From contig NW_027192217.1 of the NCBI RefSeq assembly GCF_041956535.1, positions 302,196-366,195 on the forward strand: DNA of 64,000 bases, given 5' to 3'. Positions 11,539 through 26,158 of the stretch are shown in pieces. The position numbers and the translations under genes are program-made. Origin of the DNA: Calcarisporiella thermophila CBS 279.70 (Eukaryota; Fungi; Calcarisporiellomycota). The notes under the pieces are model-generated. The model was not told the DNA's origin. It saw only the letters and a program-made list of their open reading frames with translations, and did not search any database. How positions within the stretch are numbered: the stretch's first letter is position 1; every line of letters starts with the position of its first letter.

Positions 11539-13695
11539 CTAACGGCCCCACAAACGGGACAAAAGACTAGCATCTTCCTGGATCGGGTTTGCATTGGCAT
11601 CCACCTGCGCAGGCGTCTCCTCTACCTTGGTCTCACTGCGGTAAGTGGAATCGGCCGAAGGCATTGGTGTCCTCAGGTTATACCAATTGGGTTCTGGTTG
11701 ATTTCCAAGCAGGCCTCCTTCACGCTGAGTCTGCTCCCATATAACGCTAGCCTCTTTCGCGACACGAGAGGTCTCACGGCTCACGCCATCAGTCCAATCC
11801 CGCAAGCCTTGGTTTATAGAACTCACTGTATTTCGTGCTTCATCCCCTATGCGCTTTAACCCCTGAGAAACCTCACTCCCGACTTGCGAGATTTGCTTGC
11901 TGGACTCTTGTTGCCACTCACGCGCACCTTGCATCACACTTTCGACTGTGTCGTCAGTATATTCCTTAAGGGACTTAAGATAGCTTTTCGCGTCTTCCCC
12001 TACCCGCCCAGCCTGTTTCTCAACACCTTGACGCCATTCATTCAGCTTTTGCATCCTATCTGCCATATCTCTTTCTGTCCCTTCTTTTGCGGTCTCAAGC
12101 TTCTGTTTTGCATCTTGCGTAACCCGTACTACTTCCGCTCTCGAGCGGTCCAACCACTCGCGCTCTCCTCTCATCACACTCTCAACCGTATTTTCAGCGT
12201 TTTCCTTGAAAGAATTCAAACTTGTCCTTGCATCCTCCCCAATCTGCCCGGCCTGTTTCTCAACACCCCGACGCCATTCGCCCAGCCCTTGCATCTTATT
12301 TGCCATATCTCTTTCTGTCTCTGCTTTTGAGGTCTCAAGCTTCTGCTTTGCATCTTGGGCCACTCGTAAAATCTCTGTTTTCGAGTCCTCTAACCATTCG
12401 CGTTCTCCTCTCAACACGCTCTCAACTGTACCCTCTGCATGTTTCTGAAAATCCTCGGTCCCTCTTCTAGCATTTTCGGCAATCTGCTCCATTTGATCCT
12501 TCGCATTGCGTTGGAATCCGCGTGCATCCTCCATGATGCCCTTTGCTTTCTCTTGAACAGCTTCCTTAGCCTCCTGGGACTTCCCGAAGAAATAGTCCTT
12601 CCAGGAACTGAACCAGCCTTCAGCCTTGTCTGGTAGCTGATCTTCAGTCCCTGTTCCAAATGACTGGTGCTTGACATTTTCAGTCAATTCACTCATTCCC
12701 TGGCGAGTGTCCCTAGCGCGCTGATAAATATAATTCTGCGCATTTTTGGCTCGATTGTAAACCTCATCTCTCATGGACTGTGATCTTTCGCTTATTCTCT
12801 CGGAACTCTCTCCAATGCTCTCTTTGACTTGATCCAGCCACCCTCGGGCTTCCTTTTCGGTTTCTTCCAAATGCTCAATGGCTTTCTCCTTTGTTTCGTC
12901 GTATTTTCTATTGAACTTTCGCTCCCTATTTCCTCTCGCATCAAGGGCTCCACGCAAGCTATCATTCGTATCCAGCTCACCAGCGCCCCCAGATAACTTT
13001 GCGCCAATATGAGTTGTGGCCTCGCTCATTCTCTCTTTGGCATTCTGGAATATATCGTTGACAATATGGCGGGCATTTTCGGCCCTCTCAGTTGCGTAAT
13101 CTTCTAGACCTTTGAAATTCGTTTGGGCCGTGTTCCTAGCCTCTTCCATGCGCTCGGATGCATATTTGCTTTTGTCTCTGGCGGTTTCCTTTACATATTT
13201 CTCTGTTTCATCCCTTTTTTCCCGCGCTTTGTTGGCTAAATTTACAGCTGACTCTTCCCAGGCCATGGGTTCAGTGGTCTCTTTTCCCTTATATCCTCCT
13301 CCTCCTCCTTTGATATCACTGGCCCCAACAAAGTTGGACACATTTTGTAAGGTGCTGTCAGCCCATCCCACTGCACGCTGTCGATATGCTTCCACGTCTT
13401 GGCGGATATCTTCGCTGGCCTGTTCCAACCTCTGCCTTGCCTCTTTTTCTCTTTCACGCCACCTCTGACCAGAATTCTCCGCCTGTTCATTCAAGTTCTC
13501 AAACCGAGAATTGAGTCGGCGCGTGGCACCCTCAATTGAGGAGCGCGTCTCGGAGATGCTTTCCGAGAGCTGCTCACGAATTTCTTTTGCAACGCTTGGA
13601 TCTATACGAACCCCTTCGGGAAATGAATCCCAATAAGATCCAGAAGTAGAGTCTCTTACGTCGGAGCGATCGTGGTCAGAAGTAGGGACTGGCAT
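11539..13695 (-). CDS. LEA/hydrophilin-like helical repeat protein (718 aa, intronless)
   Basis: Highly hydrophilic A/E/K/R/Q-rich ORF with LEA-like periodicity and internal 80-aa repeats. Confidence 0.7.
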   Translation of the reverse strand: MPVPTSDHDRSDVRDSTSGSYWDSFPEGVRIDPSVAKEIREQLSESISETRSSIEGATRRLNSRFENLNEQAENSGQRWREREKEARQRLEQASEDIRQDVEAYRQRAVGWADSTLQNVSNFVGASDIKGGGGGYKGKETTEPMAWEESAVNLANKAREKRDETEKYVKETARDKSKYASERMEEARNTAQTNFKGLEDYATERAENARHIVNDIFQNAKERMSEATTHIGAKLSGGAGELDTNDSLRGALDARGNRERKFNRKYDETKEKAIEHLEETEKEARGWLDQVKESIGESSERISERSQSMRDEVYNRAKNAQNYIYQRARDTRQGMSELTENVKHQSFGTGTEDQLPDKAEGWFSSWKDYFFGKSQEAKEAVQEKAKGIMEDARGFQRNAKDQMEQIAENARRGTEDFQKHAEGTVESVLRGEREWLEDSKTEILRVAQDAKQKLETSKAETERDMANKMQGLGEWRRGVEKQAGQIGEDARTSLNSFKENAENTVESVMRGEREWLDRSRAEVVRVTQDAKQKLETAKEGTERDMADRMQKLNEWRQGVEKQAGRVGEDAKSYLKSLKEYTDDTVESVMQGAREWQQESSKQISQVGSEVSQGLKRIGDEARNTVSSINQGLRDWTDGVSRETSRVAKEASVIWEQTQREGGLLGNQPEPNWYNLRTPMPSADSTYRSETKVEETPAQVDANANPIQEDASLLSRLWGR
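11947..12426 (-). repeat. 240-bp (80-aa) intragenic tandem duplication in the LEA-like gene
   Basis: tgccatatctctttctgtc occurs at 12061 and 12301; VESV.RGEREWL...QDAKQKLET...GVEKQAG occurs twice, plus a partial third VESVMQGAREW. Confidence 0.9.
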
Positions 13696-13871
13696 GGTTT
13701 ACAAAGTATTCTTTCAGCTGAAAATAAACGAGAACACAAAAGAGCAGAGGTGAAAAAGAGTGCTTAAATACGAAACCAAGTATGTGAATATTTTATCTTC
13801 GGCGCAAAATGAACGCCAAGTATACAAGTCACAGTGCAGTCACATATCGCAAAGTCCTTATATGTTATTTT

Positions 13872-14798
13872 CTATTTACAAAACTTGTCACTCTTCAACT
13901 TTACACGTCTGTCCAGCATTGCTTCCGACAGTTTCCCCTCCTTTTTTGCCCTCTTCAATTCACGCGTGTCCTCCTTAGAGGTCACAATCTTCCCCCCGCC
14001 CCATGCGTGGAATCGTTTTATTTGCTCAACCTCCAATTCTTCCTCATTCACGATCTCTTTGGCCTCCTTCTTAGCTCGCCTTTTATTTCGTGCCTGGAAC
14101 TTGACTTGGAAGAGCTCGCAAAACCCGATCGTCTCTGCATCGCCGCGTAAACGCAAGCCACCGCCTGCAACCTCGTCCACCGAAAGAAACTTTTGATATG
14201 GGGTTTGGAAGGCTATCCCAGCTTCCTTCACCACTGGAGCCCAGCTTTCAAGTGGGCCCACTGCAGTCGAACCAACACTCAACTCCCCGAATTTGTCGCA
14301 GCTCAAATATTTTCCATCACTTGTCTTGAATGCATATTCCCCCGACATCAATCGCTGCGCCAGGAAAACTTGCTGCACATCGGTAGGTTCGGCATCAGAG
14401 AGTGAGACAGAGAGAGGAGAGAGGTGTAGAGAGGTAGAGTCTTCAACAGTGTGTATACAGACAGGTGCATGTTCGGCTTTGAATAAAATAAAAATAGGCC
14501 CAGTCAGATCGTCCAGGGACTCTACGGGAATCCAGCCTAGGTATTCAAAATTAAGTTGAAATTCATGTGTAATTTTACCCGATGAGAAAAATGTATCGGA
14601 TTTACCTTCTAATGATTCAGGTGTTTCTTTTTGCTCAACCTCATCGAGATCTTTTCTCTTCTTCTTCCTAAAAATAAGATGATTCAATGTTGACAGATCT
14701 ATTGGAGGGAGGAGGGAGAGCAAATCTAAATATTCTTACTTTTTTTTGGAATCGCCTTTAAAGCTCAGCTTTCCTGACCTTATTTTATAATCTGACAT
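13872..14798 (-). CDS. FRG1: FRG1-like protein (fascin-like domain), 2 exons
   Basis: Exon 1 MSDYKIRSGKLSFKGDSKK; YAFKTSDGKYLSCDKFG; C-terminus LKRAKKEGKLSEAMLDRRVKLKSDKFCK typical of FRG1. Confidence 0.9.
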
Positions 14799-15432
14799 TA
14801 ATTATTGATCGAGTATAAAGGTCAGATCGTAATATTTGGCAAGGAATTGAAAGCCAATGTGGATTACTTGCCAACATTAAATCTAGTTTGACATATTAGG
14901 AGTTCCGAATCAATTCATATTAATCATAAATGATTCGGTACCCCTACATTATAAATTTTATAATGCAGCCAATATAAGATTGATATGAGCAATTTGCTTC
15001 AGAAAAGCCAGCCACAGCCAGTATCTGCAGAGGCTCAGCAAGGATTATGGAGCGGCACAAGGAATGCATCCGAGGATGCAACATCAGTTTTCTCTTACTT
15101 ATTGAAGTGCCGCGATCTTAGTCTCGCAAAGCAGGCTCTTATCAATACCCCTTTGGATACAATACTGGGAAGGGGTAATAGTTTCTAAGGGATCCTTGGT
15201 AATGCTAGAAAACGTAAGCAAAAATTACGTCAAATAGGAAAAATAGAATAAGTCTTAGCTTTATTTTTAAATTTCTTCCAAATGTCTCGCTTGGTGGTGC
15301 CCCGAACTGTGTGATACTAACCCTTTTTTCATTGGAACAATAATACATGGAAATTTCACCTCTTAATCCCATTTTCTCTAACCACTTAACATACTTTCAA
15401 TCAATTCCATTCATTCATCTTGATTAATCATA

Positions 15433-16932
15433 ATGTCATTATTAAGAAGACTGGTACGCATCTCCACTAGATTGTTAACCATTTTCTAATCTTTCAATAT
15501 TTTCACGTCCCCCTTTAAATGAGCTTGCTTCCATCCCACTTTTCTCATTCTTTTTTTTTTCTGTAATAGATTGGCGATTCCCGCTGGACTCGACTCGCTA
15601 TTCTTCTCACGACAGTACAGGTGTTGACGGTCATCTTGCTACAAACAATTATTTTTATCTATCACAATCAGCAAATTGCACACTTGGAATCCATCAAATC
15701 CATTAATCAAATTGCCCCCAATTTTGAATTATCACTCGCAAATGCACGTAGTTTAGGCGTGTATCATATCCTTTTTATGGTTGCGCAAATATTTCAGCTA
15801 GTGTACACCTTTGATGCAGTAAGTTAAATTTCAGCAATGCGACGGGATTTTGAATACTGACCTATGTCCTTTTTGGAATTTTTAGATTATTCGAAAGAAC
15901 ACTATTCAAATAATCGCCCTAGCCATTTTCGATGTCGCCCTTTTAATTTACTCTGGAGTCCAACTGTTCCAAGTATTCACACTTGCGACTTCCATCAGCT
16001 ATGAAACAAGCACATGGCCGCTACTATGTGTTATTGTTGTGATGATTGTATGCTCTCTCGCATTCTCCTTTCTCTCCTACAAACTATATCAAGAGTTCGG
16101 TTGGAATATCTACAAGCAGATTGGTGCTGATCTTGCCATGCGGGGTAGGAAACGTGTTTATTCATCTCCATAGTGGGAACTACGACTAACCAGGTCTATG
16201 TTGATAGACATGTACAAGATTTATCAGATTTTCCAAGTTATTCTAAAGTTTGACTTTTTTTTCTTCCTCGCCTTCTCCGTTCAATATCTGGTGCTGATAT
16301 TGCCACAGATGCAGCCTCAGATGCAACCACAAGGGGAGTCGGTCACCTCATCAATAGTGAGCCACATAATCTTGTCAACCCTAGTGACGCTTGGGATGAT
16401 GCTGTTCGCAGTCCTAGGGGTATGCTTCGAAGATATCCTAGTATATCAAAACATTTCACTCTAACCATCTCTCACTCTTCCAGATTCGGAGAGAATCCAA
16501 GGTCCTCACGATCATATCCAACCTCGCCAACCTTGGACAGATGGCTTATTTCATATACGAGCTTGTAAATATCAACACGAATCGAGAAAAATACACAGGA
16601 AGCCGTATATTCCTCACTTTCTTTTGTAAGAGTTTTTTTCTCTGCCTCATTCCTTAATTTTCATTTTAATCGCTAAAATTCCATTGCATAATTTCCAGTA
16701 ACTGCATGCTTGCTCTTGGCCATTATCACGTTTGCCCTGTCTATTACCGCCATGCTTAATTATGATCGGGGATTAAAGCATCATCGTAAATATTCGTTTA
16801 TAAAAGACAGCCTTCCCATTATATGTCATTGACCCCAATTTTTTTTTCTACCTAGTGTCAAGAAAAATAAACGACACTGATAGTGCTGCAGTTGCCCTTA
16901 GTGATAAGCCTAAGCGATGGTCCATTGAATAG
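15433..16932 (+). CDS. Multi-pass membrane protein, UPF0658-like (Golgi), about 7 exons
   Basis: Spliced exons give KNTIQIIAL, LYQEFGWNIYKQIGADLAMR, MYKIYQIFQVILKFDFFFFLAFSVQYL and NYDRGLKHH, typical of the fungal UPF0658 family. Confidence 0.75.
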
Positions 16933-17563
16933 ATACTAGCGTCTCTCGTTTCTAAACAATGCAAAACCATGCGACAAAACCTATGCCTTACTCATATTCT
17001 TTTATCACCCATTCACTCAACCTACCCCTTTTGTTTATTTGCCATTCATTTAGCCCACTCACCCTTCTTTCATTTGCTATATATTTGTACTGTTATTTTT
17101 ATTCCACCTCTTCTAAAAATTTCCCTCTGCTCCATGCCTTTTGAAGATCTAGGGCCTTTGTAAGATGAATAAAGATATACCTCCCCTTTCGGCCTACATG
17201 CGAGATAGAAACCAAATGGAGCATTTCCATTTATGATTTGTGATTCTCTTTGTCGAAAGCTTCTCCATTCTCCCCTGGACTAAATGCCAAGGAATTTCGT
17301 TTAAAGTTTCCCCTATCAGCTATATTTAGATTAAATCGAGAGTTTGAGCCAAGCAATTCCAGAAAACCGTGTAAGTTCCTGCTCTTCCCAGTTTAGGAAA
17401 CCTCTCGACCCAACCTGTCATTAAGAAAAGAAAAGCCGCAAAATTCTCGAAAAGGGTGGGACCTCTATTCTCAAACTGCTATTTAACCTCCGTTAGGCTG
17501 GTCAGCATTGGCTTTGTTGTTTCCTTACTTCCCTCATTACATCAATCATATATTGTTCCCAGG

Positions 17564-18167
17564 ATGAATTATAAATTCCTCAATCTGTTCTTGGTGATTG
17601 CTATACTGGCTGCTCTCGCTTCAGCCCAAAGCTGTGGCAATGGTGTTTCTTGCCCTGCCGGCTATTGGTAATCGAACCTGTATTCGAAACAATCTTGCGA
17701 ATATTTATTCACGCGATTTCATCTCGACTAATTTTAGCTGTTCTAAATGGGGCTTTTGCGGTCAGGATGAAAAGTAAGTTTTGATCTCTTTATCACGATG
17801 AATTGAATCTGCATTCATGACTCCGGGTAATAGCTACTGTAGCGCCGCGAGCTGCGACCCTGCACATGGCGCTTGTCCCTCCGGTGGCTCTACACCCCCC
17901 TCGGGTTCTTCCGCTCCAGCAGGGTCTTCTACCCCTTCTGCACCTGTATTCTCGTCTAATCCCACTAGCACTGGCTCTGCTCCAGTTACTTCAGGCGCCA
18001 CTGGGAGTGGAGTGGTTTCCCAAACTAGAACCAGCGGTATCCCATCAGTTTCACTGGTAAGTGCAAGTGCAAGCGCGACTCCATCTACGACTCAGAATGC
18101 AGGGTCTTCTCTTCAGAACGGAGCCGCCATGCTAGCCTTGCCAATGGCAGCTGCTTTGTTCTTTTAA
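17564..18167 (+). CDS. Secreted hevein/CBM18 chitin-binding protein with Ser/Thr linker and probable GPI signal, 3 exons
   Basis: Signal peptide; spliced SCGNGVSCPAGYCCSKWGFCGQDENYCSAASCDPAHGAC; S/T-rich stalk; hydrophobic C-terminus. Confidence 0.85.
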
Positions 18168-19376
18168 ATAGCTTAATCTTGGTTAAGACACAGAGTACTT
18201 TATCATTAGTCACTCTATATATTTCCCCTTCAGTCGATGTATGCTTAATATATAGTCATATCATTCAATTGTGAGATTAGGAAGCTTCTTTTCGCTGTCA
18301 TTATCTGCTATAGTTTTTAGCGCCATTCTTCTTTCCAATTCCAATTAGTGTTGCTCTCTCAAATATGCACACCCGCAAAGTTCCAGAGTCAAATACATAA
18401 TGTTATAAATAAAAGTCCAAGTTTCAGTGCAATTTCCTCAACACATCACAAACACAGCCACAAATTTCAAGATTTTGAGGCCGCTAATCGTGGTTGAGTA
18501 ATTCAGGTGTGGCTATGGAGAATTAAACTTTAGGGTGAGGGAATGATGTCCTCTCAGTCAGCGTTTGCGATCAGCAATAGCCTTTTGTTGGAGTGACCTC
18601 TTGAGTACAAACGCACAAAACTCGTACTGGCAAATCGTGCGTCTATGTTTTCGACCAGGCTAGTCCTCGCCCTTGCCCTCGCCTTTGCGACTCGCGTTCG
18701 GCCTGCCCACCATTGAAACATGGAACAGCCTAGAGACATCGTTTTACTAGCGGAGCAGTTGCACGGCCTTGTTTATCAGCGGATGGCCATGGAACTTCCA
18801 TTTAACACTAGATTGAAGCTTCGATGGGTATGACCCGCACAGTGGATGCCCTGTCAAGGACCGATTGAGACAAAGCCAAGGTTGCCAGAACGAGCCGGGC
18901 CGATGTGCACACGCGAACCCCGCTCTCTACAGTTGACAAGAGCACCTTTCCGCAATAAGAGATAGATCAAATGACACAGTGGGCACTGCGGTAGTTCCAT
19001 TGGCCGCTTGCAACGAATTTTTCAACCTTGGCACACCTCCGCCTAGTGGCCCGAGAGAATTGCATAAGACAATGCAGTATTGCATTAGCAGATCCACGCG
19101 AGATCCTATTCCGGGCCTCCATACCAGGCCGGGCAGCCGGGGCAATTGCAGCGTTTCAGTTTCTCAGCCGAGTTGGGGCAGATTTCTATTTTTTCTTTTT
19201 ATTTGGTCAACTGTGTTCCACAAATATCTGTGTTTTGCCTTGCTTCTTTGCTCAACAGGTTCACTTCTTTATAAGCTAAACAACGGAATTAGATGGGCTC
19301 CATGCATCAATAATGCACAAAAACATAGCCTCTGATAAACCCAAGGAGCTTCCGCCTCTACCGGTCTACCATCACA

Positions 19377-22300
19377 ATGTCCCCGCAGTAAGCGCCCTCA
19401 TTTCTTTCAGCTCTCGAGCTCAATTATTAACCATCTACAATCCAAATTTCACTCCATGTTAGCCGACGCCATTAAAAATAGTTACAATCCCGGCTATTAA
19501 TGGTGAAGCCCAATCCAAGGTAAGGCTTTCTAATGACAGTTTGCGAAATCCTGGACGTGTTTTATTATTATTTTTTTCGTATACCCAACAGTCGCCTGTC
19601 ACCCCCACTCTGACGCTCCCACGCTCGCCTCATTCCACAGAGCACGGCTCGCATGTACTCCCCACGGGGAATGTTAATCGAGCAAATCCTCTAGTAGAGC
19701 TTATTGAGTCTGAAACCCAGTATGTGGAGGATTTGGAACAAGTTGTAGAGGTAAAGCTCTAGCGTTTGATAAGTGGCTGGATAATGATTGACATGGAAGA
19801 ATGAGACAGATTGCCTCGGTATGGTCCCATTGCCCAAAACCACCCGAGTTAGAAGTAATGCTGGTGAATATTGGAATTATATATGCCGCAAACAAACGAT
19901 TTTGTAATGTGAGTTATCTTTGAACTCCCTCTTTCTCCCCATCGATTAATTTTATCATTTTTGATATTAGCGACTCGTGAAGATTGGGCCTAATCCTTCT
20001 TCTCCTAAGGAACTAGGTGACGCATTGATGCAATGGGTTCGCTATTCACTCTGAGTGGTTTTAGAGGATGATTTTGCTGAAATTGGCTCTCTATATAGAT
20101 CGATGATTTTGTCCCGAAATATACGCGTTATTGCGAGGAATTTGTGCGCGGTCTCGATATGGCAGATCAAGTTATTGATAATTCGCAGTTGCAGGACAGA
20201 TTGGCTGTAGGTTTTATTACGTTTTGTGAAGGTCCTTTCTAGCTAATAGTGGCCGGCTGTAGATGCTGTCAGCACGGAAAATTCAAGAAGTGACACTTGA
20301 TTACCTGTTTAATATTCCGTTAGATAGACTTAAATATTATAAGAAACTCTATAAGGTAATTGACGATTCATTTTTTGTGTCTTTTTAAGACCTAGCAATA
20401 TCACTCCCATGAGCCTATATATAACCTCTTTCATTGATATATTAGCGTCTATATCAGAGCAGCGAACCCGGTAGATCAGATCATCAGCTGCTTAAGAATG
20501 CTAACGATCGTCTTGATGAAGTCCTTCTTCTTGCACATCAAGCCCGTGAAAAACAACCGGCCTATCCACAGGCCTCTCCACGACTTGTGGGTGTGGCACA
20601 TGCTCCTAAACCGCAAAAACCACCCGCCGTGCATGGGAACATGATTGATCTGGATAGACCCTTACCAAAAGCTCCTCTCTCGGATTCACCACAGATAAGA
20701 AAAGAGGAGGGGAGAGGAGGGGAGATGGATCCAGTGGAGGATCTTGAGAATCGTATCAATTGCTCTTATGTGCGCGATTTATTCACATTGCAGCCCAAGG
20801 TAGGTGGTCATATTCAATTCCATGGATTTTGCGAACTTCTATCAATGTGGGTGACTGTTATTCTAGAAATGTAAACTTCAGCTTCGCACTTCCAATGCAA
20901 GATCGCGTTTCATCGTCAAGCGTGGCGACTTTCATATAATGCTTGCGGGCAAACATGAGCCTGCTACTGGATTGCCTGTCCAGCACCGCGGACATGTTAT
21001 CCTACTTAATGACCTCGTGCTCTTCTGCCGTCACATGTCCGAGGATGAATTGCGAGAACACCGTGGATGCGATTTGTTTTTATTGTATCCGCCACTGACC
21101 ATAAGACATATACAGATAGCGCCGGTGACGAGTGAAGACGGTAGTCTTTTTGAATTGGTAGTGATGAAGCAAGAACGAATCATTTTGCGGGCGCCTAGCA
21201 GAGATATTCGGGATCATTGGTTGGAGGAGGCGGGGCGGCGAGGTTTAATACCAGATGCGAACGGAATCACCCCATTGCAACGTTCTATTTCCAATGGGCA
21301 TGCTCAAGGAGGGCACGTTCAGGGAAGACACCCAGCTCGCGATTATATACCCCACACAGCTATGGGCCAGGATATGCGGAACAAGGCTCCCCCCTCGTTG
21401 AAGTTATCACAACACGACAACACAGATTTGGATCCGCGGGGTCGCTCCCCTCTACCTGTTTCCCCTGGACTAAGGGTGCCCACTCCAGGCTCCCGAAGCC
21501 CTTCTCCCGGTGGCAATTTGCGCCCGGAATTACCCTTGAGCCCGATCCAAGGGAATGGAGGCACGGGTTTGGCTTCGCCAACAGTACGCTTCGCTACAAG
21601 CCAAAAATCCTCCCCAAGTAGCTCACCTGCTGCTTCCCCGATCCCCTCGCCACGTACCTCGCCTTCCTCCCCAAATTTCCCTGGCTCCTCACAGGCAGGT
21701 TATTTGCGACCCGACATATCTTCCGATCGTGTTCAAATCCGCAACGATCGCTCAGTGTCTGTAGCATCGTCAGCATCCTCCACCTCAACGACTCAAGAGA
21801 CCATCTTTCGTTCGGAAAGCTGTGATGTGTTCCGACATCACGAAGGCACATGGACGCTCATGCAGGAAGAGTGTACCGTTGAAATACGAATGACGGCGAA
21901 TAACCGAGCGTGTTTGGCCATCGTGCTGGAGGAACGGCGGCAGCAACAACCTCAGCTTCTGCTCAACGTTTGGATCAGCCCTACCCTTCACTTAAAACCG
22001 GGCTCTCTCGAAACGATTGTGGAGATGTCATGTGAAATCGGCGGCCGAACCGAGCGGTACAGATTCGAGTTCGATATGTCGCGGGATGTGGACGCGCTTC
22101 TCGGAATGCTACAGCGGGTACGAACCGAGAAAAGTGTTATGGATTCTACACAGACCCTTTCTCGCTTCGCAAGTTTGGCTGTTGAAGATGGCAATGGTGC
22201 TCCCACGGCGCCTCTCACTCTAATTCCTGTTATGCAGTCGAAATGTAAAGTCCTCCTTCAAAACGAGTACTCCAGTTGGATTAATCTGGGCTCGGGTTTG

Positions 22301-22534
22301 ATTCAGCTCTCCACCCAGATGCCGGTGCAGAAATCTCATATCCGCTTGGAGCTCGACAAGAATAAGACTTGCCTCTTGAATGCAGTCGTTCCTCCAGAGT
22401 GGGTTGAGCGTCAGGCGGCAAAACGATTAACAATTATGGTTCAAAATGAGCGTGGTCTCTCAACCGTCTACATGGTCCAGGTTCGAGACGATGGAACCGC
22501 CAACGCAATCGTTGAGCACATGAAGAAGCGATAG
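19377..22534 (+). CDS. DH-PH (RhoGEF-like) domain protein with C-terminal PH-like domains, multi-exon
   Basis: LVELIESETQYVEDL, LFNIPLDRLKYYKKLY, PH-like RGHVILLNDLVLFC; chain of short GT-AG introns 19388-20867; start codon inferred. Confidence 0.75.
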
Positions 22535-23349
22535 TAATGGAGATCTGCTGAATCTTTCGTGGCGTAAATTATTGTCTCCTCCTTTGCTATCCAAGGGAGA
22601 TATATACAAATATTTAACACCTTATCTGCTAGACACATTTATTTGTAAAACCCCTATCTTTTTATAATCGCTTTGTTTTTGTTTTTGTCAAGGTCTGAGG
22701 CGGAATGGGTTTTGAACGTATATAATTTTCAAAATGATACCTCTTATTGTGTTAGCCATTTTACTTGGAATCTGCCCCTATTTTGCATTCATGTTCTCTT
22801 TCTCTAACCCCCTTATGCGCTTCCTACTGAATATCTGTTTCTATCTTTAATACATGGCACCCCTTCTGCTCTTTATCGACATGAGCCCAGAAAGAATTTG
22901 AAGCCAACCAAGGCGCAACAGAACTGTTCTCTTAATAGATCCGACAATTCGAAAACAGCGCTTTATGAATGAGAACCAGGTGCTACTTACAAGTCAACGG
23001 GAGGTAAGTCGCATAGGCTCCGATGAAGCCAGCGAAAAAGTTGAAATCATACCGAGCAAGGAAAAAAAAGGGATATAAGGTACCCATGAATATGTGGTGT
23101 GAAAAATGATAACTAGAACTACTATTGCTCAAAATTGAATATAGTTCAATCGTCAGTGATTGTTCATGAGCTGATCTCCCAACTGCTACACAAAACTAAA
23201 CAATAGAAGCTCTAGCATTATATCAACACAAATAGATATTGCACAGCGCACTTCATTTTAGCCTCAACACTGATGAGAGTCTCCATCATTATTAAATTTT
23301 TTTTTATTTAGCAAAGACCACAAAATGTTTTCCTTCCTCATCCAATTAT

Positions 23350-24163
23350 TTACTTCGACTCAACGGGTTGAGCAATGAGAGCTCGCTTCTCTGCAAGGCG
23401 AGCAGCACGACGTTCGCGTGCTGCCTTGGTCTTGGCACGGACAGCCTCGGCCTGCTCAGCAATAGCGCGGGCACGGTTCTTCTCAGCCTTAGCCTTGTGG
23501 ATGTACTCCATCAATACACGCTTGTTCTTGAAGACATTACCCTTCGACTTCATGTAGAGCTGGTGGTACCTTTAAGATTATTGTATATTCAATATAAGTC
23601 TTGGATGTGCGTCAAACAGAAGCAGAGAATTTTTAAACGACACTTACAAATGCTTGTCGATCTTGCCCGACTCACGGTACTTCCTCAACAACCGCCTGAG
23701 AACGCGCATACGCCTCATCCAAAGGACTTGGGTGGGCATACGGGCATCAGCAGTACCTTTGCGCTTACCGTAGCCAGTGTGGCGACCTTTCCTCTTAGCG
23801 GCGTGGGTCTCGCGTACACGAGATCGAGAGTGCATAACCTGAGGCTTACGGATGATCAAACCATCAGAGACGAGCTTACGGATGTTTTGGCGCGAGTTAG
23901 CGTTAGCAATCTCCGTGACTTCATTGGGGTCAAGCCAGACTTTGCGCTTGCCACATTTGAGCACGGAAGCAGCAAGGCGCTTTTGGGTCCGCAGATTCAC
24001 CCTAGAGAAATAGAGCAGAAGCAGATTACTCAATCAGTCATCTCGGCAGATCACAGATATAAACACAGTCTCTCTAATTTCGAGTACGAGATGCAGCGGG
24101 CTCATCAATGAAATTAGGCCACTAAAACGCATTTTTTTCGGACGGAAATTGCATCACTTACAT
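23350..24163 (-). CDS. RPL19: 60S ribosomal protein L19 (eL19), 3 exons
   Basis: [27 protein letters not shown]...[31 protein letters not shown]; start codon split AT|G by intron 1. Confidence 0.98.
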
Positions 24164-24264
24164 TTTAATCAAACGATTTGTTTTTCCTAATGGTAAATGT
24201 AGTGAGGAGGAAAAGAAAAAGAGGAGGAACTACGTCTTACGGACTGTTGTTGTTTGTTATTGCG

Positions 24265-24286
24265 AAATTTTTTCAGAGTGACGTCA
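24265..24286. promoter_or_regulatory. RRPE-like and CRE (TGACGTCA) motifs in the RPL19 promoter
   Basis: aaattttttca 24265-24275 (reverse TGAAAAAATTT) and TGACGTCA 24279-24286, about 100 bp upstream of the ATG. Confidence 0.4.
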
Positions 24287-24720
24287 AAGGCGCAGTGACG
24301 TGCTGATATTTCCAATCTAAGCTCTAAAAATCCTTTGCCTAATGCCTCTTGAAATTGTGTAAAGACTTATAAATATACAATTCTATCGGAAAATCAGGTT
24401 CATTTATAGTGAAAGCGTGTCATTTTATTTATCTAACTTATATGAAAGAAATCAATGAACACATTTGATAGCAACACTGCCATAGCTTGAGGTTGGTTTG
24501 GACGAGATATTTATTAAATTGGTTTGAATTAATACTTGAAAATGAACTCGCGGAAGATTATTGTATGCTCAATTCAGAGATAAAATATTAGCAAAGCAAC
24601 TGAACAAAGAAATGAAAGTATGAACGAGAGAATGAATCATAAACCGTTATTTTCTTGCTTTAGGTTTCTTTTAAAGAAGTATGAGATATTAGCTTCATCA
24701 AATAAATTGGAATAAAGGAA

Positions 24721-25982
<1,262 letters not shown>

Positions 25983-26158
25983 GCTTTTCCAATAGATTTG
26001 CAATCCAAGTAGCGTTTAAATGATTATATAAAGTTTTAATAATGAAAATTTACAAATTTTTCCCTTCGACTTTTTGTCGTGGGAACTTATGTGCGACGAT
26101 CGTATATCTCCGAGATCATAGAACGTGGAGGAATTTTCCATTAGATCTATTTATTATA

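Noticed and set aside
23368-24111. 247-aa plus-strand ORF and similar antisense ORFs across the window
   Set aside because: Shadows of conserved genes on the opposite strand (here RPL19).
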